A stretch of DNA of 64,000 nt from Octopus sinensis (lineage: Eukaryota), in contig NC_042998.1 in assembly GCF_006345805.1 (NCBI RefSeq), forward strand, positions 3,038,001 through 3,102,000, written 5' to 3'. The position numbers were made by a program, and so were the translations under genes. Positions 1 to 12,214 of this stretch are shown piece after piece. Numbering within the stretch: the stretch's first letter is position 1; each line of letters opens with the position of its first letter. Below the pieces are notes generated by a model. It had not been told where the DNA came from. It was given only the letters and a program-made list of their open reading frames with translations, and ran no database searches.

Positions 1-656
1 ATACAAAAAGTCAAAAGCTGCCAGTAGGACATGAACCAACATCTTCATACATGACAAGCATTCTATTATTGGAGCAAAGCAATTCTTTGAATTCCTCTAT
101 TCACTTTAGAAACTTTATTATTACCAGTGAAAACCGAATATTGTAGACAGGGTAAGAATTTCCTGCAGGCAGCCAATGACTTTTTCTATACAAAAGAGAT
201 TTTAGCCCAATATTTACGCAGTATTATTTGCAGTTTTATCTGCTTTGAGATTCACTGTTCCAAAAACGAACTATCTTAATTTTTCCTTAGTTTCATAATC
301 AGACCCAATCTACATAACTCCCTAGTATTCAACACTAATTGTTAATTTTAATTTTCAGATGTACATTAATTTTTGAGTATGTAAGAAAAATTTGTTTTTG
401 AAGTATACAAAAATGAAATGATAAAGTTTTCCTTTGAGGTTACTTGTCTCAAAAACGTTTTAGATTTTTGACAGTAGAAACAGTTATTATGCAACAGTGA
501 AATGGAGTAAGCAATGGTGAATGTTTTGAAAAGCTAAAATCAAACTGAGTTTCAGTATATTTGTGATAAAGGAATTAAAGGATTTATTAAAAACCTGAAT
601 TAAATTTTCAAAGAATAGTAATTGTGACAATTTCAAAAGTTAAAAGTTTTGAAAAC

Positions 657-1046
657 ATAGGTATGGGTGAGTGGTAAAAAGTTTTTCATGGGTTCAATCT
701 CACTGTGTGTACCATGTGCAAGTGTCTTTTACTGTAACCTCAAGCTGACCAAAGTCTTGAGAGTGGATTTGGTAGAGGGAAATTGAAAGAAGCCCATCAT
801 ATATATGGATACATATATCTATGTCTGTATTTGTCTTTGTACCTATGTTTGTCCCACACCACTGCTTGACAACCAGTGCTGGTGTGTTTACGTCCCTGTA
901 ACTTAGTAGTTCAGCAAAAGAGACTGCTAGAATAAGTTCCAGGCTTTAAAAAAAATAAGTGCTGGGGTTGATTTGTTTGACTAAAATTCTTCAAAGCAGT
1001 ACCCCAGCAGGACTGCAGTCTACTGACTGTGACAAATACAAGATAA
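657..1046 (+). mobile_element. tRNA-derived SINE, family B, diverged full-length copy
   Basis: Degenerate A box, B-box-like GGGTTCAATCTC, family body (caagtgtcttttact...gagtggatttggtagagggaaattgaaagaagccc), central microsatellite and family tail; similar to about 20 copies in the window. Confidence 0.85.
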
Positions 1047-1084
1047 ATCATTATATCCATGCATTCTGTGATGAGCTTTATTTA

Positions 1085-1370
1085 GCACTTACATCTGACA
1101 TGAACCCTTGGGCTCATAAGGTTGGAGCTTAAATTAGTTTCCCTGGAGTAGATTACTGAAGGTACAACACTCCCTCCCAATGAACCAGACACCAGTCCAC
1201 CACAAGGTTAACCTCCCAGTTATTGCTGAAACCAATTTACAGCTGAGTGAACTCCAATAATGTGAAATGAAGTGTTTTGCTCAAGAACACAAAGCCCCAC
1301 CATCCAGTCTGAGAATCAAAAACCTTAAAACCATGAGAACAACATTCTAACCAGGAGACCATGCACCTTC
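1085..1370 (-). mobile_element. tRNA-derived SINE, family D variant, degraded
   Basis: Contains tgtgaaatgaagtgttttgctcaagaacac and an ctaacc head end shared with other D copies. Confidence 0.65.
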
Positions 1371-1419
1371 ACAAAGCCTTAAGAAGACAATAAAATAAGG
1401 ACAATATAAAAAGACTTAC

Positions 1420-1537
1420 ATGCATCAAAATCTGATATATCTGACAGTATTTTGGTAAATTTTATAAACGCTGCAGTAGGAATCTTTTCAAAACCAACCA
1501 ACTCAATCAAAACATCAAGTTTGCTAAACCCATACAT
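1420..1537 (-). CDS. Candidate coding exon of unknown gene (MYGFSKLDVLIELVGFEKIPTAAFIKFTKILSDISDFDA)
   Basis: Unique sequence; strong acceptor tttcctccttttag before 1552, ATG at 1537, open frame to donor CAT|GTAAGT at 1419; no homology recognised. Confidence 0.25.
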
Positions 1538-2942
1538 GGGACTTTACACAGACTAAAAGGAGGAAATAAACTGATCATACGGAGAGGAAAAGTAATATTT
1601 TTTAAAAAAACTATTATATACCTGTTTTGTCTTTACCATTTGCATTACCCATCCTGGTTTGTAAAAATCCTTTCAATGGAAACAAACCGCTATATCCAGA
1701 GTAGATTTGTTCAAAGCGTTGAACCAGAGCAAAGTGTAGCAAGCATAACTCAAACGGTTGAAAAACATATTAAAAAGACAAACATTCTACTGCACACTGT
1801 TATAACACTAGAGTGAGCAGTTGTTAAATACAACCAACAGTAAATAGGTTTCTTCCATTGATTCAAATATAGTTTCCTGTTGAAGACTGCTGCTTGGTTA
1901 TTATTTTTTTTTCAGTGGAATGCATTGAATATTGAGATGTAGCAACAGGGATGAGATACAGCTTCACGAGAACAGTGTTATTATCAATAAATGGATCACT
2001 ATGGAGTTGAGTAAAAATTAAAACATTTTTTTTTCTTTTAAATATATAAAAAAAAAAAACAGCAGCCAAATAAAAAGTGACAGCTGTTTGAAGTTACTCC
2101 ATTGTTTACAACAATCAGCAAAAGTGGATTCTAATGTCATGTGTGTATTCAGTGCTTCTTCGATACTTCGATTAAATTAATGAACTCAGAACACTGATAT
2201 GGAAAAAAAAAAGGCAAGGATGAGGAGTGACGGGGGGGGGGGGGGAATAAGTATGGAAAGCACTAATAGAAAAAAAAATGACAGAGTGGAGGGAAAACAG
2301 AGCTGAATGGAAAATGTAGCTGAGAAGCAACTGGAGGTTCCTGGAGCTAATCTTCCATTAGCATAATTAGAAAGAAATAGAACTCAACTATTGCAAATGG
2401 ACTTAGAATTTACTACATTTCCAAATGAAAATTTAAGAAACTGTTTACTGAAAGTTGATGGTTTGTGGAGGCATGGAAGCGTTGGTTTCATATAGAACTG
2501 ATAAGATAAGAGATAGTTAACAATGGTATTACTAAATACTCTGCATTGTAACTGTTAAACAATGGAAATTAAATGTCCACATTCAAATGAAATTTCAACA
2601 AAGACATACTCTTTTTTATTTCTTTTTTTCTCATTCATTCTCGAAACATAGCAAACATTTTTTCCTTTTTGTGTTCATAACATTCCAAATAAGAGGTAAT
2701 TAATCCATCACTAACACAGAAAATTAGTAGACAATGTGTAACTTGGCTGATACATTTACAATTTCTTTTCACAACCAACCACAATTATGAATTGTGTCAC
2801 CGTACATAATGTAAATGAACCGAAATAAGGGAAGCCAGTGTATACAGTATAAAAGAACCACTAAAAAATGTAGATAATTATATATTATTAGTTATTAAAT
2901 AACTATCTAAACAAACCAAAATTTATATTAAGTTATATACAG

Positions 2943-3290
2943 GCCGTTGCTAGCGCCGCCTCGACTGGCTTCTGTGCCGGTGGCACATAAAAAGCACCAT
3001 CCGAACATGGCCGATGCCAGCGCCGCCTCGACTGGCTTCTGTACTGATGGCACGTTAAAACCACCAACCGATCGTGGCCAATGCCAGACTCCCCTGGCAC
3101 CTGTGCCGGTGGCACGTAAAAAGCACCCACTACACTTGCGGAGTGGTTGGCTTTAGGAAGGGCATCCAGCTGTAGAAACACTGCCACATCAGACTGGAGC
3201 CTGGTGCAGCCCCTGGCTTCCCAGACCCCGGTCGAACCGTCCAACCCGTGCTAGTGCGGAAAACAGATGTTAAACGATGATGATGATGAT
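2943..3290 (+). mobile_element. Family A retroposon ((GAT)n tail) with three hairpin modules
   Basis: gtgccggtggcacgtaaaaagcacc modules, conserved 3' end ccaacccgtgctagtgcggaaaacagatgttaaac, then (GAT)n. Confidence 0.9.
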
Positions 3291-3570
3291 ATCAATGTTG
3301 AGAGAAACATATTTTTTGAGGAATTCATTCCAACAAATCAACCATTCCTCTCCCACTGATGGGTAAAAACTTTCCCCTTATTTCCCCATAGCTTTATGCT
3401 TTGGATTCCTGATTTCCAATTTCCATAATAGTTCTAGTTCTTCATGGGTATTAGCGGATGTTGCTATGTATACATAACTGGTAACAAGTAGCCCCTGCAG
3501 CATAATCCTCATTCCAATAATCCTAAAGCTATTGACGAACCTTGGTTTAATTTCGCAGATCCAACAGAAA

Positions 3571-3870
3571 CATCATCATCATCACCATCGTTTAGCATCC
3601 GCTTTCCATGCTAGCATGGGTTGGACGATTTGGCTGAGGACTGGCGAACCAGATGGCTGCACCAGGCTCCAATCTGATCTGGCAGAGTTTCTACAGTTGG
3701 ATGCCCTCCCTAACGCCAACCACTCTGAGAGTGTAGTGGGTACTTTTACGTGCCATCGGAACAAGAGCCAGTCAGATGGTACTGGCAACAGCCACGCTCA
3801 AATGGTGTTTTTTATGTGCCACCTGCACAGGAGCCAGTCCAGCGGCACTGGCAACGACCTCACTCGAATG
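3571..3870 (-). mobile_element. Family A retroposon, two hairpin modules
   Basis: (CAT)n then gtttagcatccgctttccatgctagcatgggttggacg; reverse complement of 2943-3290. Confidence 0.9.
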
Positions 3871-3879
3871 TTTGTTTAA

Positions 3880-4102
3880 CCCTTTCATTACCGTATTTAT
3901 TTTGAGATGCTCTGTGTTTCTTTCATTTGGCTTTAAATATAACAAAGAATTTAGTAAAATAACTTAGTTATCATCAAGCTAAAGATTAGGAACATAAATT
4001 GTGACTAAGGTTTGGTGGAAGATTTTAATTCAAAACTTATGAAAACAAGACAATTGTACAACAGAGCCAAGGGCAGTTTCAGCCAGGTTGGTATCAAAAG
4101 GG
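3880..4102. mobile_element. piggyBac-type MITE (family P2)
   Basis: TIRs ccctttcattacc / ggtatcaaaaggg with TTAA at 3876-3879 and 4103-4106; degraded relative near 10615-10775. Confidence 0.8.
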
Positions 4103-4529
4103 TTAAATTACTGGATTTGAAAGTTACTGATTAATTATAGAGTAACAATTATTATTGTCTTTTATCTTTTAATTGCTTTAATCATTAGACTGCAGTCATG
4201 CTGGGGCACCACCTTGAAGAATCTTTAGTCAAATCAATCAACTCCAGTAATTAATTTTTTTTTTTTTTTTTTGCTAAGCATGGTATTTATTCTATTTGTT
4301 TCTTTTGCTAAATGATTTTCCTCACAGAAAATAAATAAATGAATAAATAAATAGTTCCAGTATGTAAAAGAGAGAGAGAGAGTTCATGATGTCAAATATT
4401 GGTAACTATGACACCCAGAATCAATGTTTATTCAAAACTTTCAAGATTTCATAGGTTTTTTTATGGGGATTTCTTGCAAAACTTCCATCTCTATTTATCC
4501 AAAATGATGGTATGAGTCACCATGGGATC

Positions 4530-4735
4530 TCTATCACAGATCACTCAACTTGGTAGAAATAACAGCTGAATCTACCTCAAATTACACCCTACCATCTTCC
4601 AAAAAAAGGGTAAGACTCATTAGATAATATAGTTCTAAATATGCTTTAAAAGATAGTATGATCACAGCTGGAATGTCTTCTTTTTATAGATAAGCTCAAT
4701 CGGGGTTGACATGGGGTTAAACAACAACATCCTAA
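4530..4735 (+). repeat. Dispersed repeat family F (probable retroposon 3' part, (AAC)n end)
   Basis: tagaaataacagctgaatctacctcaaattacaccctacc...ggggttaaacaacaac; related copies at about 9255-9350, 27815-27982, 50455-50675, 52395-52578. Confidence 0.7.
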
Positions 4736-5189
4736 CACAAATATAATCCATGCTTTGCCAAAAAGATCTCATAAGGTCAAAGTATGTCCATAGTTGTTTC
4801 CCATACTTGTCAAAATGACTAAACTATTAATTATTGAATTAATAAAGTTTCCTATATTCTTGAAGCCAAATTTGATCGCATATGAATCATATGCAATTTT
4901 TGTAAACAACTGGCCACAGGTTGCCAATGAGCTCATTGCTGGTGATAAACCCACTACATTTTGATGATGGAAATGGAATATTTAATCACCTACATGCTAA
5001 TTCATCGGGCTTGGTAGTTCAGTTGTTCATGGTTGACAACCAATCAGGAAGGCAACACCTGACAACAACACAGTTGGTGAAATATCATAAAAGAAACCAG
5101 TTTGAATTTATTATTATATAAATATATTTTTTTATTATTTATTATATTATTCTATATATTTATTATATTATTTATTATTATTATAGTGT

Positions 5190-5366
5190 TATAAGAATAT
5201 AATATAATATAGTATAATATATTTAAGAGATGAGGAATTATGTACATTATTTACATTCAACGGATATTTGTCCTCATCTTGTTTGTTGTCAACACAACGT
5301 TTCGGCTGATATACCCTCCAGCCTTCTTCAGGTGTCTTGGGGAAATTTCGAACCTGGGTCCTCATT
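5190..5366 (-). mobile_element. Penelope-like element terminal fragment
   Basis: Carries a hammerhead motif; reads TPEEGWRVYQPKR on the minus strand, the kind of peptide seen where PLE ORF ends overlap the hammerhead; ends in (TAA/TTA)n low-complexity sequence. Confidence 0.65.
5291..5336 (-). ncRNA. Minimal type I hammerhead ribozyme motif, apparently intact
   Basis: GACAC-CTGAAGA-A-GGCTG(gagggtatat)CAGCC-GAAAC-GTT-GTGTT: stem I, CUGANGA core, 5-bp stem II, GAAA, palindromic loopless stem III, NUH site. Confidence 0.75.
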
Positions 5367-6372
5367 TTGGTTTTTGAATTGACAATTGTATGTCCCCATT
5401 TTCTTTTCATTTTTATAAATTTAATATCTACCCATGCAAAGTGTAAAGTTTTTCTCTACTAAATTAGGTATAAACAGTTGAACCAGTGAAAAATTGGATG
5501 TTTTCATCCCTATTTTCCTTGTATTGGATTTAAGTGTGTGTGTGTGAGTGTGTGTGTGTGCGTGCGTGCAGGCGGGCAGGCGTGTGTATGAATAAAGATG
5601 CAGGTGTGGCTGCATGGTAAATTTGCTTCCCGTCCGTATGGCTTCAGGCACTATAGCTGAACAAAATCTTGTGTGAATGGATCTGGTGGACAGAAACCAA
5701 AGAAAGCCTCTCTTTCTCTCTCTCTCTCTCTCTCTGTGCGTGTGCGTAGGAAGGACATCCAGATGATATTATATATATATGTATATGTATTATACACACA
5801 CAAACATCATTATCATCATCAGCTAATGTTTATCTTCCATATTTCCAGTCAGTTTGACAGGATCAGATGTGCCAATGGACTGCGTCAAGCTCCAATATCT
5901 GCTTTGGCACAGTTCCTACACCTCAATGCCACTTTAGAGGGTGTACTGGCTACCTTTGTATGGCACTGGCACTAGAGAAGTTGGTAAGTAACTTGCAAGA
6001 CAAAGAAGCCACCTCCACTGCGTGGTAGAGAGGGGGGGTGGCTTTATGTCATGCATTGAGAAACAAAAGTATGATAGAGTCAGGAAAAGGTCTCTTCATA
6101 TATATATATATACATATATATATAGGCAAATCAGTGACAAAGAGTGAATTCAAGAACAAAAACAAATACAAAAGTCAAATGGATGTTCATAGTGACTATA
6201 TTAGTTTGATACTCAGTAAAAGTCTTCAATGGAAAAGAAAACATATAAGGTTTCAAGTATAGTTCTTTGCTAGATAGTGGGAGATAAATCAGAGAAGAAA
6301 AAAGAAAAAAAACAGATAGTCAGTAGAAAAGCACGTGGGTTGCTACACGGTTAAAAAAAAAAGACATATATG

Positions 6373-6575
6373 CATTATCATCATCATCATCATCGTTTAA
6401 TGTCCGCTTTCCATGCTAGCATGGGTTGGACGATTTGACTGAGGAATGGCGAAACAGATGGCTGCACCAGGCTCCAATCTTGATCTGGCAGAGTTTCTAC
6501 AGCTGGATGCCCTTCCTAACACCAACCGCTCAAATGGTGCTTTTTACATGCCACTTGCTACGACCTCGCTCGAAT
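6373..6575 (-). mobile_element. Family A retroposon
   Basis: (CAT)n-cgtttaatgtccgctttccatgctagcatgggttggacg consensus. Confidence 0.88.
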
Positions 6576-7111
6576 ATGCACATGTATACATACATATATA
6601 TACATAGACAGACACACATACGAGTGTGTGTTAAATGCACAGTGATAGAATCATTGAAATAATCTAAAACACGTATATATCATTCACTTTTACCATATTT
6701 TTTTATATATTAATCTAGAACAGCAATGGCCAAACTGCATGCAGCTCTCTAAGCTATTAGACATTACTCCCAAGATAATAATGGATTTCAGTGCCATTTT
6801 TCCTGAAGCAGCTTTAGCATCCTACCAGCCAGATTTTAAAGTATTAACTGCAGAAATGAAAACTCAATAAAAACCATCAACAAACAGAGGTGAATCAGTT
6901 TACTTTCGAGAGCAAAACTGTGCAGCAGTCATCACCATCATCATCACTATCATCAACATCTTTTTGATGTTGTCTGTTATCAAGCACTACACAAGGTACT
7001 TTTTTTTTTTTGCTTGGTCAAAAGGTGCAAAAAGTATTTTTTTTAATTATATTTATAAATATGAAAAATATACTGCTACTTAAACTAAAAGCAGTTTGTC
7101 ATAAAAGCATA

Positions 7112-7284
7112 GGTACTGGTGTGACATAAAAAGCACCAAGTGCACTCTGTAAGTGGTTGGCATTAGGAAGGGCATCCAGCTATAAAAACCAAGCCAAAAC
7201 AGACTGGTGGGACCTGGTACAGCCTTTGGCCCTGCCAGTTCTTGTCAAGCAGTCCAACCCATACCATCATGGGTTGACGATGAT
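7112..7284 (+). mobile_element. Family A retroposon, diverged
   Basis: gtgacataaaaagcacc...gtggttggcattaggaagggcatccagct...gtccaacccat, GATGAT end. Confidence 0.8.
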
Positions 7285-8221
7285 GTGTGTGTGTGTGTGT
7301 GCCTGTGTGTTTATGTATGTATGCATGTATGTATATGTGTGAGTGTGTGCATGCATGTGTTACTGTCTCCTTACCATAACATTGTGTGATAGATATAAGC
7401 AAATGGGGTCCTTTGTTACCAAAACTTCTGAGAAAACCTGCCCGTTCATGGGGAAATATTACTGTACAGGTGATGGTGGGTGATAGGAAGGGTATCTAGA
7501 TATAAAAAATCCACCTCAACCAAACTTGTCTGAGCCATGCAAGCATGGAAAGTAGGAGTGATGAGAATGGTATAAATAAATATATATACACACACACACA
7601 CACACAGTGGGTTTGATAAGTGGCAACAGACAAAACTCTTGGCCCTCGAGTCACTCTGTTGCTAAACATAAACACACACAAAATCTCGTCATTTTTATGT
7701 CTACTCTTCATTGCTTGCATGGATAACATGAAATCCTTTGAGGCAGATTTTCTGTGTCCTTGCTGTTACCAACCATCACCTGTTCCCAAGTATGGTAATA
7801 TTTGAACACAAATAGCTCAATAGCATCACATTTCAATAACAAACGGTAAACAAATGACACCATCTGTGTATCAATAGCAACTTTGTTTACAATTAGCAAA
7901 CAAATATCAAGACTCGGAGATACAAGCGCACTCACACACACACACTATAGTTTTCGTCTACTAAATTCACTTGAAAGGCTTTCAGTGGCCAATGACTACA
8001 GTAGATGACACTTGCTCAAGGTGTCGCACAGTAAGACTGGATCTGAAACAACAAAGTTGCAAAGTGAACATTATTAACCACATATTCATGCCTGTGCCAC
8101 ATACATACATACATACATAATGTACAATATATGGATTTATATAATCCAGTGGTAATCAGAATAAATCTCCTACATACAACAGTACCATGCAACTTATAGC
8201 ATACATATTAGTGCAGGCATG

Positions 8222-8541
8222 TGACACTCCATCGGTTACAACAACAAGGATTCCAGTTGATCCAATCAATGGAACAGCCTGCTTATGCAATTAACAGGCA
8301 AGTGGCTGAGTAATCCACAGATATGCGTAACCTTAACATAATTCTCAGGGAGATCCTGTGTGATGTAGAATGTGACAAGGCTAGACTTTTAAAATACAAG
8401 TTCTACTCATTTTTGCCAGCTGAGTGGATTGGAGCAACATGAAATAAAGTGTCTTGCTCAAGGACTCAATGCATCACTGGGAATTGAATTCCCAACCTTA
8501 CAATCACGAGCCAAACACCCTAACCACTAAACCACGTGCCT
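8222..8541 (-). mobile_element. tRNA-derived SINE, family D, tail type D1
   Basis: Reverse complement of 26551-26870 and 38757-39080; head gggaattgaattccc...ctaaccacta. Confidence 0.85.
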
Positions 8542-8699
8542 GCATGCACTAAAATTATTTTTGCATGATGCTGGTTGCAAAACGCTTGTCATCCTATGGA
8601 TATCAACGGGTGATATAAATTATATCCATCTCATATCTTCTGATTCCCTTCATATTTTATGCATGCGTGTATGTCCATGCATGTATGCATGCACACACA

Positions 8700-8730
<31 letters not shown>

Positions 8731-9699
8731 TGTTCATACATTTTGCTGCCCTCTCTGGTAACCAGGAAAATTACGAATTTCTCTGCCAAACATTCTGGAA
8801 CCTAACATCAATAAAATATTTAAAACTTGTCCTCCAAATAATACACAACACTTGGAGCCCATTTGGACATTATGCCAAATTAACTATTTTGATGTTTTGT
8901 CCATGCACTTATTTTAGCATTCGAAACTGGTTATTTTAAAAAGCATCCAGACTTGTTTTCACTGAAGCATAATAAACGTGACAAACCTACATCAATATCG
9001 TATTTGGTTTGTGGAGACCACTTATCTAAAATTATCAAATGAAATCTTAGAAAGCTGGGCAAACACACCCTAAAAGCAAAAGTGTTTGCAGTTGTTCCAG
9101 GATCTGGAAATGTATTTTAGTCAGTCACAAAATGACTGTCAACAGAAACAGAGAGACATAGCATAGAAATGATATATAAAAAACAAAAAATCAGACAAAA
9201 CAATGATAAACGATGGGCTCATATAGGATAACAAAGAAGTAAACAGGCCAATGAAGAAACCTCTCGAGACAGTTGATCTGCTAGAATTAGTAGCCAAATT
9301 TCATTCAAATCATATCTTACTTACTTCAAAAGGAAAAGAAAGATGCATTGGATCTCAAAGATAAATAGAGATAGCCATTAACAAAGACTTTCCTTTCAAT
9401 CTCTCTCTCCCTCTCTCTCTTCTCTCTCTCTCTCTCCCTCTCCCTCCCCAGTGTGACCACCAGTATTGTTTCAGCAAAGCCAAACCCATTATTAATTTCT
9501 CCTTAACCTTCTCCAACCACCTACATGCAACCTCATTATCACACACCAAACCTACATTCATTCCATGGAAGGAGACCCTCAGAGCTTCCTTCAGTAGAAC
9601 AATACTAATGTTGTCTCTTTTAACAGAAAATAACTCAAGCACTACTCATAATAAAAAAAAAATACATCAGACCCCCTCTAAATGTGAGCAACACTCAGC

Positions 9700-10270
9700 T
9701 AGCATTCTTTCAGTCACTGCAAATGCTAGGCTTCACTATTACTGAAGAATTCTTCTGGCAAAAACGCATACTTAACATGGGTAGAACTGCATCCCAAAGA
9801 TCGGTCTGCTCTTCAGAGCCAGAAAATATTTCAATCCCCAAACCGTTGCTAATCCTCTACAAGGCTCATGTAAGGTCCACAATGGAGTGCTGGTCTCACA
9901 TCTGGGACAGTGCTGCTGTTATAAAACCAAGACATCTTGGACTGCAGCCAGAGAAAGATCACTTGACTGACTAGTATTAAATCCCTAACAGGCATACTCC
10001 AGCCTCTAGTCCACATGTGCTCTATCTCTTATCTCTGTCTTTATCATAATAGCCTCTGTTCCTCAGAATTTACTAATCTCCTATCTTCCCCCACTCATTC
10101 TCCCCTGACCCACTCATCTCTCCACTTTTTTGCCACTTTTATTGCATCCACCCACTTTCTGCCCTGCACTCGCCATTATGTTCAGTCTTTCCTCCATAAA
10201 GCATCAGCCCTATGTAATCTCCTTATCCGTGTCTTTCCTGCAGGTATTGACTTACAACAGTTTAACCTTT
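9700..10270 (+). mobile_element. Decayed non-LTR retrotransposon 3' end (CR1/L2-group-like ORF2 C-terminus)
   Basis: Frameshifted peptides LGFTITEEFFWQKRI, LLILYKAHVRSTMECWSHIWDSA, SLCSSEF, YVQSFLHKASALCNLL, VFPAGIDLQQF match the post-RT region of LINE ORF2. Confidence 0.8.
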
Positions 10271-10350
10271 TTTGTTGTTGAAATACACTATCTTACATTT
10301 ATGAATTTGTGTTGCAAGATTCCTGATGTGAAACTATGTGTTGGAACAGA

Positions 10351-10596
10351 TATTGTTGTACTTCGGGATGGCCATTTTTAAAAAAAATTTTCTAGAACAG
10401 AATGGACTAAGCCGAGTAAGAGCACACACAAAGAAGAAAGTGTAGCTGAAGAGGTCAAAGATGTGTAATAAAAGATTTCTGGACAACGGACACAAGTTAG
10501 AATAAGAACAGAAATAAATGAGTGAAGAACAAACATATAGTACGTGTGTTTATTTGGGAAAAAAAAATACAATGACCGTCCTGAAATACAACAATA
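10351..10596. mobile_element. TA-flanked MITE (Tc1/mariner-type)
   Basis: TIRs tattgttgtacttcgggatggccatt / aatgaccgtcctgaaatacaacaata with TA at both ends; related pieces at 36812-37075. Confidence 0.75.
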
Positions 10597-11193
10597 TACT
10601 ATCTTAGTTCCAATTATTTTTTAAATGATGCAGAATTTAGTAAAATAACTTTTTCAATATTAAAATGGTATCTGGAACAAATTAATTTGAAATTTTGATG
10701 GAAATTTTAATTTGGATCACTTTAAAACAGAAATCAAGGAACAGTCTCAGGCAGTTTCATACCAAAATAGTTAAACAGAACATTAATGTCATCAAACTCA
10801 TCAGTTTTCAAGGGCCTCCCAAAGCCAAGGTAATGTCCCTTCATCCAGATTCAACAAGTTAAAAGAAATATCTTACAGATTCTTTAGGATAAGTAGTATA
10901 TAGGGGTGATCAAAACTAGAATAACTTTTAATGATAGATAGGTTTGTTCAAACAGAGCTGGCTTGAGAAGAAACTACAACAGAGACTACAGGAAGAGCTG
11001 TTAAAGAATAAACCCAAGGAATGTCAGCAGTGACAGTCATATCCAGTTTTACCAAACTCTATGAAACAATACAATGCAGGCAAGATTTATAGCAAAAATA
11101 ACCAGAATTTTAAAAAACAATAATCCCATTATGGTGAAAATGGGATGGATGCAATTTAAAATCATTGTTTAACATCGTTTAAGATCAGACACA

Positions 11194-11550
11194 GGTGTAG
11201 CTGTGTGGTAAGAAGGCGGTGAGCTGGCAGAATCGTTAGCCCACCAGGTGAAATGCTTAGCGGTATTTCATCTGCCATTATGTTCCGAGTTCAAATTCCA
11301 CCGAGGTCAACTTTGCCTTTCATCCTTTCGGGGTCGATAAATTAAGTACCAGTTACGCACTGGGGTCCATATAATCAACTTAATCCCTTTGTCTGTCCTT
11401 GTTTGTCCCCTCTATGTTTAGCCCCTTGTGGGCAATAAAGAAATAAGAAGCCTGCTTCCTACCCACATGGTTTTCAGTTTGCGTGATCCTTCAGACAAGT
11501 GTCTTCTACTATAGTGGATTTGTTAGATTGAAACTGAAAGAAGCCTGTCG
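11194..11550 (+). mobile_element. Family B SINE head interrupted by a family C SINE
   Basis: gtagctgtgtggtaagaag on the left resumes as cctgcttcctacccacatgg after the insert. Confidence 0.8.
11216..11443 (+). mobile_element. tRNA-derived SINE, family C (tail C1), with 7-bp TSD
   Basis: gcggtgagctggcagaatcgttagc...gagttcaaattcc...cctttcggggtcgataaattaagtacc; TSD taagaag at 11209-11215 and 11444-11450. Confidence 0.92.
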
Positions 11551-12214
11551 TGCATGCATGTGTCTGCTATTCTTTCTCTGCCTTGACATCCTGTAACACC
11601 TGCAAAGAAGAGTCCCCCATCATGCAAGACACATCTTTTGTTTCCAATCTTCCACAAAAGTATGTCTGGTTACAGAGAAAACATTACCTTACTTGGGAAT
11701 AGGTGACAGTTGGTAGCAGGAGGGGGATCAAGCCATAGCAAATATGCCACAACAAATTCCATTTGATGTGTGCAAGCATGAAAAGTGGATGGTAAAACCA
11801 TGACAGTGATGACGATGATTAACCAAATAATTATAAATGGAGAAAAACACAGAAGATTTAGTGTCAAAAGAAGTAGAGATTGACTAAGATGAAATCTGCA
11901 ATAAGTCTAAACATTATTTTATAGTTTTAAAATACATCATATTTGTTTAATCATTTGTTGATAAGAAGGATGACAACTACGCTTTTTTTTTTCTTCAACT
12001 ATAAAATACTTTGTTGTGAAACCCAATATTATCAACTGACCTGTCCAATACAACTTATCATGAAAATTATAGTATTGAGAATGCAATTCTTTGAGATTTT
12101 AAGACATTTCTAAAAGTCATGAGAACTTCCCAGAATATATTTTTAAAACAATAAAGTACATTTTGACAGCTCTATAAACTCAATTTATACAGAAGGTTTT
12201 TTTTATATATATAT

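Noticed and set aside
1622-1652. MGNANGKDKT as a myristoylated N-terminus
   Set aside because: Splicing to the adjacent strong acceptor gives a stop after 9 codons; no downstream exon supports it
5861-5983. Plus-strand exon with a perfect TTG|GTAAGT donor
   Set aside because: Lies in a degraded family A-related repeat starting at the (CAT)n near 5805
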